Part shown: piece by piece, positions 9,453 to 18,216 of the stretch
Numbering within the stretch: position 1 is the stretch's first letter
Layout of the letters: every line of letters begins with the position of its first letter
UHGV virus genome: UHGV-1373625
DNA length: 64,000 nt
Reading direction: 5' to 3' (one strand)
Source: a virus
Made by a program: the position numbers and the translations under genes
Notes under the pieces: model-generated
The model's database searches: none
Told to the model about the DNA's origin: nothing
Seen by the model: the letters and a program-made list of their open reading frames with translations, nothing else

Positions 9453-9523
9453 TGCGTACTTATGACATACTTAATGCTGGCCCTAAAAATAGATTTATGG
9501 CGAATGGTAAAATCGTAAGTAAT
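9452..9523 (+). mobile_element. intein C-terminal part (IntC, 24 aa) opening the PolA C-fragment
   Basis: MRTYDILNAGPKNRFMANGKIVSN followed by S resembles the DnaE IntC ...VYDIGVERDHNFALKNGFIASN followed by C. It has its own AAGGAGAG RBS at 9435-9442. Confidence 0.55.
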
Positions 9524-11368
9524 TCAGGTGCTCTTATTCAACCGCAAAATTTGACTAGACCTTCAACAAATAATATGAATATCCCCGAAGGTTCCAAGCC
9601 TTTGGATAATTATGATATCAGTGAAATGGATATCGAACTTGCAGCTAGCGGGAATTTAGATCTTATCCAGCAGTATTGGAAAGACCCTAAAGTCCTTGCC
9701 TCCGATTGCCTTCGCGCAATGATTCACGCTAGAAAAGGATACGATTTTATCTGTGCCGACTATAGTGGGATTGAAGCCCGAGCATTGGCATGTCTCGCTG
9801 GCGAAGAGTATGTTCTTCAAGGTTTTAGGGACGGCCTTGACCCATATAAAGTTGCAGCTACGACTATCTATGGGGTGAAATATGAAGATGTGGATAAGAA
9901 GCAGCGTCAAGTAGGTAAGACGGCTACGTTGGCTTGCTTCTCTGCGGATACAATGGTTTATACGAGCTATGGAATAAAAAAAATCGTCGACATAACTAAA
10001 GATGATTATGTATGGGATGGAGAAAACTGGTGTTTGACAGATGGAGCATATTGCCAAGGTATTAAAGAAATCGTTAATTTTTTGGGAGTAGAATCTACAC
10101 CTGATCAAAAATGGTTGATGGATGAAAATATTTGGATAGACTCCGATGCAGCTATTGAATTGTGTAAATGGCTAGGAGATGGGAAAGTTTATTCTAGCGA
10201 GCAATATCAAATATTCTCTAGTTGGGTTAGTTATCAAATCTCAAAAGTTCAAGATAAAATTATTTATAGTTTGAAGAAATACCCAGTAAAAGTAACTATA
10301 GCTGAAATGGGAATTGAAGTAATTCTTTCCGATTTTGACGAAGATGACTTTAATGTATCCTTTGTTGATTCTAAAAGTAGAAAAGGTGTTTATGTATACT
10401 TGGGTGAAAGCTTAAGGAACACGAGTCTTGAAGATAAAGTTAAATATGTATGCTCCATTATCGTCTTTTTAGCTACGATTTTTTCTAAGTATTCAACAGC
10501 TCAAAATTATCTGAATATTAAAGTGAGTGAAGCCGTTATTAAGGACTATAATAAAATAAATATGGCGATTTTAAAGTTTATCAAAAAAGATGATAGCGAT
10601 GAAATTATTCTTACTGGGAGCATTTTATCTAATAGAGATGGTTATACTAAAATAGAAAAAGTTTATGATCTTTTGAATTGTGGAGATAAAAGCAGGTTTA
10701 TGATACATACATCCTGCGGTCCACGCATTGTGCATAACTGTGGATATGGAGGTGGTTATGGCGCGTTCCTTCGCTTTGGGGCTGATAGAATGGGCATTGA
10801 TGAAGAGGAAGGAAAGAAGATTATTGCTGCATGGAGAGACGGGCACCCAATGACGGTTAAGCTTTGGCACAAACTCGTTGAAGCTGCTGTCATGGCTATG
10901 ACGAATAAGGGCGGAATTTATTCTTATCGTGGAGTATCATTCCAATACTATAAGAGATTCCTCCTTATGAAGCTCCCTAGTGGCAGGTTCCTCTTCTACT
11001 TCGAGCCTAAACTTGAAGACGTGGAGATGGCATGGTCTACGCCAGAAAAGCCAGCGTTCAAGAAGCTTGTTACGGCGATGACCTTGACGCCAGAAAAACA
11101 ATTTGTGAGAAGGCCGCTTAACCATCTCATACTTTCAGAAAATGTTACACAAGCTTTCTGTAGAGATCTGATGGTGAATGCGATGTTCAATCTCGAAGAA
11201 GCCAATTATCCGGTAGTGTTTCATGTTCATGATGAAATCATTGCGGAAGTTCCTAAAGGGTTTGGGTCTGTCGAGGAATTTGAAAATATCATGTGCAAGC
11301 TTCCTCAATGGGCAGAAGGTCTGCCAGTAAAGGCCGAAGGATGGAGGGGAGAATTTTATAGGAAATAA
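9452..11368 (+). CDS. DNA polymerase I (family A), C-terminal fragment: IntC, pol domain, and a second embedded intein
   Basis: Motif A is DFICADYSGIEARALA. Motif B, KQRQVGKTATLA...GYGGGYGAF, is interrupted by an intein. Motif C is VFHVHDEIIAEV. Confidence 0.75.
   Translation: MRTYDILNAGPKNRFMANGKIVSNSGALIQPQNLTRPSTNNMNIPEGSKPLDNYDISEMDIELAASGNLDLIQQYWKDPKVLASDCLRAMIHARKGYDFICADYSGIEARALACLAGEEYVLQGFRDGLDPYKVAATTIYGVKYEDVDKKQRQVGKTATLACFSADTMVYTSYGIKKIVDITKDDYVWDGENWCLTDGAYCQGIKEIVNFLGVESTPDQKWLMDENIWIDSDAAIELCKWLGDGKVYSSEQYQIFSSWVSYQISKVQDKIIYSLKKYPVKVTIAEMGIEVILSDFDEDDFNVSFVDSKSRKGVYVYLGESLRNTSLEDKVKYVCSIIVFLATIFSKYSTAQNYLNIKVSEAVIKDYNKINMAILKFIKKDDSDEIILTGSILSNRDGYTKIEKVYDLLNCGDKSRFMIHTSCGPRIVHNCGYGGGYGAFLRFGADRMGIDEEEGKKIIAAWRDGHPMTVKLWHKLVEAAVMAMTNKGGIYSYRGVSFQYYKRFLLMKLPSGRFLFYFEPKLEDVEMAWSTPEKPAFKKLVTAMTLTPEKQFVRRPLNHLILSENVTQAFCRDLMVNAMFNLEEANYPVVFHVHDEIIAEVPKGFGSVEEFENIMCKLPQWAEGLPVKAEGWRGEFYRK
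9935..10738 (+). mobile_element. contiguous intein (268 aa) inserted in PolA motif B, with a central putative endonuclease or linker domain
   Basis: It starts CFSADTMVYT (block A) and ends ...RIVHN followed by C. The flanking extein LA + CGYGGGYGAF restores motif B. A degenerate LGDG motif lies in the middle. Confidence 0.6.
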
Positions 11369-11388
11369 TTTTAAAAAATCTGTTGACA

Positions 11389-11438
11389 TTTGCTTCCGGT
11401 TAATGAATACTCCATTCATCGGAAGCAAACATTTTTAG
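11389..11438 (+). terminator. imperfect hairpin plus T-run between PolA and rtcB, with TTGACA immediately upstream
   Basis: TTTGCTTCCG...CGGAAGCAAA flanks an inner AATGAAT/ATTCAT pair, followed by CATTTTT. TTGACA lies at 11383-11388. Confidence 0.4.
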
Positions 11439-11457
11439 AAAGAAGGAGTGTAAGAGA

Positions 11458-12579
11458 ATGTTTGAAGTAAAAGGATCAGTAAGTACAGCTAAGGTTTTCA
11501 CAGATTATGTGGAGCCGACCGCGTTATCTCAGATTATTGAATTATGTAATCAGGAGTTCACCGAAGGAAGTAAAATCCGTATTATGCCTGATGTACATGC
11601 TGGTGCTGGATGCGTTATTGGAACGACGATGACCATTGAAAATAAGAAAATCGTTCCTAATCTTGTCGGTGTTGATATCGGTTGTGGGCTACTGTCCTGT
11701 GAATTTACTTTGGGGGATAAGCTCAACAATAGCTTTTTTGAAGAAGTTGATCGAATTATTCGAAAGTATATTCCCGCAGGATTTAATATTCGTAACGACA
11801 AGCATGAATTGGTTAGCGCCATCAATTTGAATACGCTTGCATGTTGTAATGAAGTTAATATCGCTCGTGCGGAGCACAGTATTGGGACTTTGGGGGGAGG
11901 GAATCATTTTATTGAAATAGGGGAATCCGATAATTTCGATGGTACTTTTTCTTATTTCCTTACCGTACATTCTGGTTCTAGAAATATTGGAAAAGAAGTA
12001 GCTACTTATTATCAAAATGTCGCTATTAAGGAATGTCCGGGCACCCCCAAACATCTAGCGTATCTTTCAGGGGAGATGTTCGATGAATATATGTATGATA
12101 TGGAAATCATGAAATATTATGCCTCTTTGAATCGTGAGGCGATCATTAACGATATCACGCTACACATTGGGATTAAGAAAGACGATGTCTATGAAACCGT
12201 TCATAACTATATAGAACGTATTGACAATGATGTGTTCATGCTGCGCAAGGGAGCCGTTTCCGCTAAAAAAGAACAGGCTCTTATGATCCCTTTGAATATG
12301 AGAGACGGTATTATTTTTGGTTTTGGTAAAGGACTTGAAGACTGGAACTATTCCGCACCTCATGGAGCTGGACGTAGACTAAGCAGAGGTGAAGCCAAGC
12401 GCAGCCTTGATATGAATGATTTTAAAAATGAAATGGAAGGTATTTATTCTTCTTGCGTAAATATTTCTACTCTTGATGAAAGTCCTATGGCATACAAGGA
12501 TGGCTCAGAGATTCGTAATAATCTTCAATCGGTGGAAACCTTGTTTACTATTAAGCCAGTATATAACTTTAAAGCATAA
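11458..12579 (+). CDS. rtcB: RtcB-family RNA ligase
   Basis: Motifs MPDVHAGAG, GGGNHFIE, HSGSRNIG and APHGAGRR are present. This is a short, 373-aa RtcB form. Confidence 0.8.
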   Translation: MFEVKGSVSTAKVFTDYVEPTALSQIIELCNQEFTEGSKIRIMPDVHAGAGCVIGTTMTIENKKIVPNLVGVDIGCGLLSCEFTLGDKLNNSFFEEVDRIIRKYIPAGFNIRNDKHELVSAINLNTLACCNEVNIARAEHSIGTLGGGNHFIEIGESDNFDGTFSYFLTVHSGSRNIGKEVATYYQNVAIKECPGTPKHLAYLSGEMFDEYMYDMEIMKYYASLNREAIINDITLHIGIKKDDVYETVHNYIERIDNDVFMLRKGAVSAKKEQALMIPLNMRDGIIFGFGKGLEDWNYSAPHGAGRRLSRGEAKRSLDMNDFKNEMEGIYSSCVNISTLDESPMAYKDGSEIRNNLQSVETLFTIKPVYNFKA

Positions 12580-12592
12580 GAAGGAAAAACAA

Positions 12593-13225
12593 ATGACTAA
12601 TTTTCGTTCTATAGTTTTGGAAGAATCCGGTTTAGCTAGCGCTATTCTTGGAACAGGGCTTTCTTTTGGTGTTACGTCTGATTACGAGCTAAATGAAAAT
12701 GGAAGTCTAGTTTTGACTTATGGCAAAGACCTATCTAAGAAAACTCCTGATGAAATAGCGAATAGAATGAAAATCGTTATGGAAAAATTGGCTCCTCTTG
12801 AAAAAGGGAATAATAAATTTCTAGAATTTTTAGTTGTGCATATGGATATTAACGCCCCCCGTTATTGGTGGAGCCAATTTGACACATACAGAATTGGGGT
12901 GACGAGATTGTCCGAATCTACTATGCACACTCTCATGAAAGGCGAGCTGACTAGAGCTAACTTTTCTGAGGACACGCCTCAAAGAGCCATTGATACCGTA
13001 AATTCCTGTATTCGAGAAGGAGCTTTTGAAGCTGCTAAAGCATCTTTGCCAGAAGGTTTCATGCAAAGAAGAATAGTGTGCACGAATGCAAAAGCTATCA
13101 GGAATATGTACTCCCAAAGAAGAAATCATCGTTTGAAAGAGTGGAAGATTTTTTGGGAGAATGTGGAATGTGACGCGGAAAAATATTATACATTTTCCTA
13201 TGCGCTTAAAGGGCTATTTTATTAG
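12593..13225 (+). CDS. ThyX-family (flavin-dependent thymidylate synthase-like) protein with a divergent active-site motif
   Basis: INAPRYWWSQFDTYRIG aligns with the ThyX segment VKAPIFVARQWFRHRIA. CTNAKAIRNMYSQRRNHRLKEWKI aligns with [23 protein letters not shown]. The canonical RHR motif reads TYR. The ORF was listed from 12473, but the RBS and ATG are at 12593. Confidence 0.5.
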   Translation: MTNFRSIVLEESGLASAILGTGLSFGVTSDYELNENGSLVLTYGKDLSKKTPDEIANRMKIVMEKLAPLEKGNNKFLEFLVVHMDINAPRYWWSQFDTYRIGVTRLSESTMHTLMKGELTRANFSEDTPQRAIDTVNSCIREGAFEAAKASLPEGFMQRRIVCTNAKAIRNMYSQRRNHRLKEWKIFWENVECDAEKYYTFSYALKGLFY

Positions 13226-13244
13226 AAAATTTTAGGTAAAATAT

Positions 13245-14000
13245 ATGTATGGATATGTTTATTGTACAACAAATTTAATAACGGGTTGTATGTATATAGG
13301 TAGACACGCATCTAGTGTATTCGATGAAAAGTATTTTGGCTCGGGAAAGATACTAAAACGAGCTATAAAAAAATATGGAGAGAATAATTTTTCTATAGAG
13401 ATACTTTGCGAAGCGGAGTCTTATGAAGATTTAGCTGAGAAAGAACGATATTATATAGCATTATCAGATGCGGTAAACCGTAAAGATTTTTATAATATAG
13501 GCAGGGGAGGAGAGGGGTTCCCTTCTGGAGAAAATCACCCAAATTATGGTAAAAAAGGCAAGGACGCTTTTGGGTGGGGGAAAGTGCATACTGATAAATT
13601 TAAAGAATATATGTCGAGAATACGAAAAGGTATGAAGTTTTCTTTTGACCATAAGCAAAAATTATCTCAAAAGAAATTAGGGGATGCTACATTAAATAAA
13701 GGAAGGCGTGTATCAGAAGATACAAAGGCCAAATTATCTCAAATAAACAAAGATGCTCAATTAAATAGGAAAATGGGTATTAAGCAAAATGGTAGAATAA
13801 GGACTTTTCATGAGTTCTTACACGGCTTTAAAGTTGCTATTTATTTTACAGATGGGTCGATTAAGACTTTTGATAGCATGAAAGCCTGTACGAGATACAC
13901 TTCATTGAAACATAGGGTGCGCCACATAAATACTATAAAAAGGATTATTAATGGAGAGACATTACCTCCAGAAGGGGTGAGAAAAATATGCTATATTTAA
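13245..14000 (+). CDS. GIY-YIG homing endonuclease with C-terminal NUMOD3-like repeats (free-standing HEG)
   Basis: The core is YGYVYCTTNLITGCMYIGRH (GIY-YIG). Repeated HP.YGKKGKD / KQKLSQKKLG / SEDTKAKLSQ motifs follow. Confidence 0.8.
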   Translation: MYGYVYCTTNLITGCMYIGRHASSVFDEKYFGSGKILKRAIKKYGENNFSIEILCEAESYEDLAEKERYYIALSDAVNRKDFYNIGRGGEGFPSGENHPNYGKKGKDAFGWGKVHTDKFKEYMSRIRKGMKFSFDHKQKLSQKKLGDATLNKGRRVSEDTKAKLSQINKDAQLNRKMGIKQNGRIRTFHEFLHGFKVAIYFTDGSIKTFDSMKACTRYTSLKHRVRHINTIKRIINGETLPPEGVRKICYI

Positions 14001-14010
14001 AAAATATTAA

Positions 14011-14676
14011 ATGGAGGGGTGGATGTTTAAATTCAATTATTTGGATAGGATTCTTATAGCTCTTTTAATTAGTGTATTTATTGCTAATTCAGTACATAAT
14101 TATGTAACACTTACAAATTTTAGAAAAAGTAAGAATATTCAGATAGAGGAACTTCATCATAAGATAGAATTTTTAAGTACAGCGTTAGGAAGTATGGCCT
14201 CTGAAAATGCTATTATGAAGCAGAAGTTGGAAGCCCCTTATCAAAAAAAGGAAAATACGTCTCAAGATAAAAAAGAAATATACGGAGATACAAGGGGGTT
14301 GCGAAATAACAATCCCTGTAATCTTAAAAGCTCGAAGAATACGAAATGGGATGGTCAAGTTGGAAGTGATGGCAAGTTCATCATTTTTGAATCCCCTGAG
14401 TATGGTATCCGGGCTTGTGCAAAAAATCTAAAGAATTATCAACACAAGAACGGCCTTGACACATTGCGGAGCATGGTGTATAGAATGGGACCTCCTCACG
14501 AAAACGATACAAAAAAATATGTTCGTAATTTATCTAATATCGTAGGGGTATCCCCGGATGAAAAAATTAATGTTCTTAAACATCTCCCCGAGATTATAAA
14601 GGGAATCATTTTTCTTGAGAACGGGAAGATGCCTTACCCCGAGAAGATGTTTATCGGATATACAATCTTTAACTAA
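14011..14676 (+). CDS. membrane-anchored protein with a conserved GLRNNNPxNLK motif
   Basis: An N-terminal TM helix ILIALLISVFIANSV is present. The RNNNPCNLK motif recurs in phage virion/lysis-associated proteins, but the family could not be named. Confidence 0.4.
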   Translation: MEGWMFKFNYLDRILIALLISVFIANSVHNYVTLTNFRKSKNIQIEELHHKIEFLSTALGSMASENAIMKQKLEAPYQKKENTSQDKKEIYGDTRGLRNNNPCNLKSSKNTKWDGQVGSDGKFIIFESPEYGIRACAKNLKNYQHKNGLDTLRSMVYRMGPPHENDTKKYVRNLSNIVGVSPDEKINVLKHLPEIIKGIIFLENGKMPYPEKMFIGYTIFN

Positions 14677-14690
14677 TAAGGAGAATTTAC

Positions 14691-15146
14691 ATGAGCAATC
14701 ACGTTATCAACTTCAAGCGTTTTCATGAAAATGCCAGTATGCCCCTCCGTGGAACCGATTGGTCTGCTGGATATGACCTTCATGCGGTCACCTGCGATAT
14801 TGATTGGGATAAAGGGCTTGTTACCTATGGAACCGGAATCGGTATGGAAATCCCTGCGGGGTACGTGGGCCTCGTGTTTCCTCGTTCTTCTGTATTCAAG
14901 AAGGAAATGACGCTCTCTAATTGCGTAGGCGTCATTGACTCCGATTATCGCGGAGAGATCAAGGCTGTCTTCCGTATTCCCAAGAATTACTTCCAAGATC
15001 CTAGCCTTGCGAATAAAATTTATGTAACGGGCGACCGGATTTGCCAGATTGTCATCGTTCCGTATCTTCCTGTCGATTGGGTGGAGACTGAGGAGCTTTC
15101 CACAACCGTTCGAGGTACTGGCGGGTTTGGCAGCACTGGTGTGTAA
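14691..15146 (+). CDS. dut: dUTP diphosphatase (dUTPase)
   Basis: The five dUTPase motifs are AGYDL, PRSS, GVIDSDYRGEI, GDRICQ and RGTGGFGSTG. Confidence 0.85.
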   Translation: MSNHVINFKRFHENASMPLRGTDWSAGYDLHAVTCDIDWDKGLVTYGTGIGMEIPAGYVGLVFPRSSVFKKEMTLSNCVGVIDSDYRGEIKAVFRIPKNYFQDPSLANKIYVTGDRICQIVIVPYLPVDWVETEELSTTVRGTGGFGSTGV

Positions 15147-15161
15147 ATAGAAAATTGGGAA

Positions 15162-15180
15162 GGGGGCTTTAAGCCCCCTT
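15162..15180 (+). terminator. GC hairpin after dut
   Basis: GGGGGC TTTAA GCCCCC, followed by a short TT. Confidence 0.4.
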
Positions 15181-15205
15181 AAACTAAAGTTATATGGAGA
15201 TAAAT

Positions 15206-17389
15206 ATGGGAAAGAAGCCTAACATGATTATTAAGCGTGATGGTTCTAAAGTCCTTTTTGACCCCAAAAAGATTGAACTTGCTATTACTAAAGCTCTTAT
15301 TTCGGAAGGGGTAGCTTCTATTTTTACTGGAACTGCTCACGCTATTGCTGAATCTTTTGAAAGTGAAAATGAAACTCCAACGATTAAAGAAATTGAAGAA
15401 TATGTTTTTAAGAGCCTTTGCGAGGCCGGGCTTCCTCTTGTAGCAAAAGCCTACGAAGGTTACAGGAGTATTCGAGAATTTCAACGCTCTGATCAATTTA
15501 CCGATGAATCCATCCTTTCTATTGTAGCCGGAGGAACGGATGAGGACCTTCGAGATGAGAATAGTAATAAGAATGTCGCTACAGCGTCTACGCAACGAGA
15601 CATGATCGCTGGTGAGGCTTCAAAAGATATTGCGATGCGGCACATGCTCCCCCCTCATGTTGTACAGGCCCATAAAGACGGGCTTATTCACTTCCATGAT
15701 TTGGATTATGCTGTGCAGCGAATTTTTAACTGTTGTCTTGTTGATTTGCGTGGTCCATTTAAGGACGGAACCGTTATTAATAAGAAGATGATTGAGACTC
15801 CTAAGTCGTTCAGGACAGCCTGTACAGTCGCTACGCAGATCGTCCAACAGGTAGCGTGTGGACAATACGGTGGTCAGACTATTTCCCTCGCGCATCTCGC
15901 TCCGTATGTTAGGGTAAGCTACGAAAAGATTAAAAACCAAGTTAGAGAAGAACTTTTTGGGGATGATGTCCCTCTTGCGTCTCCCACTAAGCTTTGCGGG
16001 AATCGAGAAGTTGAGCATATTGCCAAGAAGCGGCTTCGTAAAGAAATTGAGGATGGTTTACAAACCATTCAGTATCAGGTAAACACTTTTTCGACAAGTA
16101 ATGGGCAAGCTCCGTTCCTTAGTATTTTCATGTATCTGAATGAAGATCCTGAATATATTGAAGAGACGGCAATGCTTATTGAAGAGATGATTAAGCAACG
16201 ATACATCGGGATGAAGAATGAAGCCGGAGTGTATGTTACCCCCGCGTTTCCTAAACTCCTGTATGTGCTTGATGAAAATAATGTTCCTAAAGATAGTAAG
16301 TATCGGTATCTGACAGATCTGGCGGTGAAATGTGTAGCTAGGCGTATGATGCCGGACTTCATTTCCGCAAAAAAGATGAAAGAAAATTATGAAGATGTTT
16401 TCCCCTGCATGGGATGCCGTTCTTTTCTTTCTCAATATAGAGATAAAGATGGCAAGCTGAAATGGTATAATAGATTCAATCAGGGTGTGGTAACTTTGAA
16501 CCTTGCGGATGCAGGACTTTCCGCAGACGGTAATATTGACGCTTTCTGGAAAATCCTTGACGAGCGCCTTGAATTGGTTCATGATGGCCTCATGTGCAAA
16601 CATAAGAGCCTTCTTGGTACGAAGGCCGAAAAGTCTCCTATCCATTGGCAGCATGGAGTTATCGCTCGCCTTAAAAAAGATGATGTAATTGACCCATATT
16701 TGAAAGATGGGTATTCAACTTTGTCTCTCGGATACATTGGGCTCCATGAATGCGTTCTTGCTCTTATCGGAGAATCACATACTACGGAACGTGGAGAAGA
16801 ACTTGCTGTACGTATTATGCGTAGATTGAGAAAAGCTTGCGACGATTGGCGTGCAGAATCTGGTCTTGGATTCAGCTTGTACGGGTCGCCTTCCGAATCT
16901 ACAACTTATCGTCTTGCACAGACAACTCAGAAGCGATTTGGAGTGGTTAAGGGAATTACTGACCGAGATTATTTGACAAATTCATACCATGTTGATGTAA
17001 CCGAAAAGATTAGTGCATTTGATAAACTTCGTTTTGAATCTCAATTTCAGAAAATTTCTTCCGGTGGCTGCATCAGCTATGTGGAAGTTCCGAATTTGGA
17101 GCAGAACCTCGAAGTGATTGATCAATTGGTTTCTTATATGTATGAAACTATTCAGTACGCTGAGATCAATACCAAATCGGACTATTGCGCTAAATGTGGA
17201 TTTCGAGGAGAAATCAAACTGAATAATAATCTTGATTGGGAATGTCCTCAGTGCCATACGGTAAATCGAGATGATCTTACTGTTTGCCGTAGAACTTGTG
17301 GCTACTTGGGCGATAATTTTTGGAACAAGGGACGAACCGAGGAAATCGGTGCCCGAGTATTGCATGTTGACAATGAAGACTTGAGCTGA
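15206..17389 (+). CDS. nrdD: anaerobic ribonucleoside-triphosphate reductase NrdD
   Basis: An N-terminal ATP-cone (MIIKRDGSKVLFDPKKI) is present. The C-terminal Zn ribbon is CAKCGF...CPQCH, and the glycyl-radical motif is RTCGYLG. The ORF opens at 15194; ATG 15206 follows GGAGA. Confidence 0.9.
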   Translation: MGKKPNMIIKRDGSKVLFDPKKIELAITKALISEGVASIFTGTAHAIAESFESENETPTIKEIEEYVFKSLCEAGLPLVAKAYEGYRSIREFQRSDQFTDESILSIVAGGTDEDLRDENSNKNVATASTQRDMIAGEASKDIAMRHMLPPHVVQAHKDGLIHFHDLDYAVQRIFNCCLVDLRGPFKDGTVINKKMIETPKSFRTACTVATQIVQQVACGQYGGQTISLAHLAPYVRVSYEKIKNQVREELFGDDVPLASPTKLCGNREVEHIAKKRLRKEIEDGLQTIQYQVNTFSTSNGQAPFLSIFMYLNEDPEYIEETAMLIEEMIKQRYIGMKNEAGVYVTPAFPKLLYVLDENNVPKDSKYRYLTDLAVKCVARRMMPDFISAKKMKENYEDVFPCMGCRSFLSQYRDKDGKLKWYNRFNQGVVTLNLADAGLSADGNIDAFWKILDERLELVHDGLMCKHKSLLGTKAEKSPIHWQHGVIARLKKDDVIDPYLKDGYSTLSLGYIGLHECVLALIGESHTTERGEELAVRIMRRLRKACDDWRAESGLGFSLYGSPSESTTYRLAQTTQKRFGVVKGITDRDYLTNSYHVDVTEKISAFDKLRFESQFQKISSGGCISYVEVPNLEQNLEVIDQLVSYMYETIQYAEINTKSDYCAKCGFRGEIKLNNNLDWECPQCHTVNRDDLTVCRRTCGYLGDNFWNKGRTEEIGARVLHVDNEDLS

Positions 17390-17397
17390 TAGACATA

Positions 17398-17430
17398 GGG
17401 CCTGTAAGTAAAATATATTTACAGGCCCTT
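17398..17430 (+). terminator. hairpin after nrdD
   Basis: GGGCCTGTAA pairs with TTACAGGCCC across an 11-nt loop. The T-tract is weak. Confidence 0.45.
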
Positions 17431-17449
17431 ACTAAATAAAGGAGGATCT

Positions 17450-17734
17450 ATGGAGTTTACGAATCGAGAAGGTGCGGTAGTTTCCGCATTTACTGGATTT
17501 CTGATGGGTGCATGGAGTGAATACCATTCTTATGTTGAGGAACTTTTTGGGCGGCCCGTAACCCCCGCAGAAATGTGTGACCCTGATTTTAGAAAGGAGC
17601 TTAGAGAAAAAGCCCGTCCAGATTATACTGCTATTTGTGATACGCTCTATGGAGAATGGCTTAATAGCGAAAAATGTAAGAAGGAAATAGAGGCGTGTTT
17701 AAAGAAAGTAGATGATATTTTTAAGGAGGTGTAA
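17450..17734 (+). CDS. hypothetical protein
   Basis: 94 aa, preceded by AAGGAGGA. Confidence 0.4.
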   Translation: MEFTNREGAVVSAFTGFLMGAWSEYHSYVEELFGRPVTPAEMCDPDFRKELREKARPDYTAICDTLYGEWLNSEKCKKEIEACLKKVDDIFKEV

Positions 17735-17736
17735 TA

Positions 17737-18216
17737 ATGAGCGAGCTATATCAAACTATTATAGAAATACCTAAATTCACACTGTTCATCCCTACCGAAG
17801 AACGCCCCATCCATAGAATTGTTCTTGGAACTCATAGATGCAGAATTGTGGATATTGGGGATGACGCCTTTCCTATCGAGAATGGAACTCTTTCTTTTGC
17901 AAATGGTCTTAACCTTTTTCGGGTTAAGGGACGCTATTCTCAATATGATCTTCTTTTTAAGGAGCAAATACCAGAAGAAGAAATTGATAAATACGATAAG
18001 GATGATTCTGAAATCTATTATGCTCGTAAGCATTGGTTTTCAAATAAGAAAGTGGCGTATGGGGATGGATGGTGCAAGTTAAAAGAAAAAAGGGAAATTG
18101 ATATAATTTTCAAAGCTCCTTTGCATCTTAGTATAGCCCTCATCCCTTTGGAGCAGCGAGAAGAGCTTTGGGAAGATTTGATTAAGAAAGGATCCGTAGT
18201 ATATGAAGGATACTAA
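17737..18216 (+). CDS. hypothetical protein
   Basis: 159 aa, preceded by AAGGAGG. Confidence 0.4.
   Translation: MSELYQTIIEIPKFTLFIPTEERPIHRIVLGTHRCRIVDIGDDAFPIENGTLSFANGLNLFRVKGRYSQYDLLFKEQIPEEEIDKYDKDDSEIYYARKHWFSNKKVAYGDGWCKLKEKREIDIIFKAPLHLSIALIPLEQREELWEDLIKKGSVVYEGY

Noticed and set aside
9440-9455. PolA two-ORF arrangement as a simple pseudogene or frameshift with no biological meaning
   Set aside because: The break falls inside a recognisable intein. The downstream piece starts with an RBS and a DnaE-IntC-like sequence ending in Asn before the +1 Ser. A sequencing indel cannot be fully excluded and is flagged in the finding.
15162-15180. GGGGGCTTTAAGCCCCC as a restriction-site-like palindrome or regulatory operator
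   Set aside because: Its position right after the dut stop and before nrdD fits a simple terminator or attenuator hairpin. The motif does not recur.
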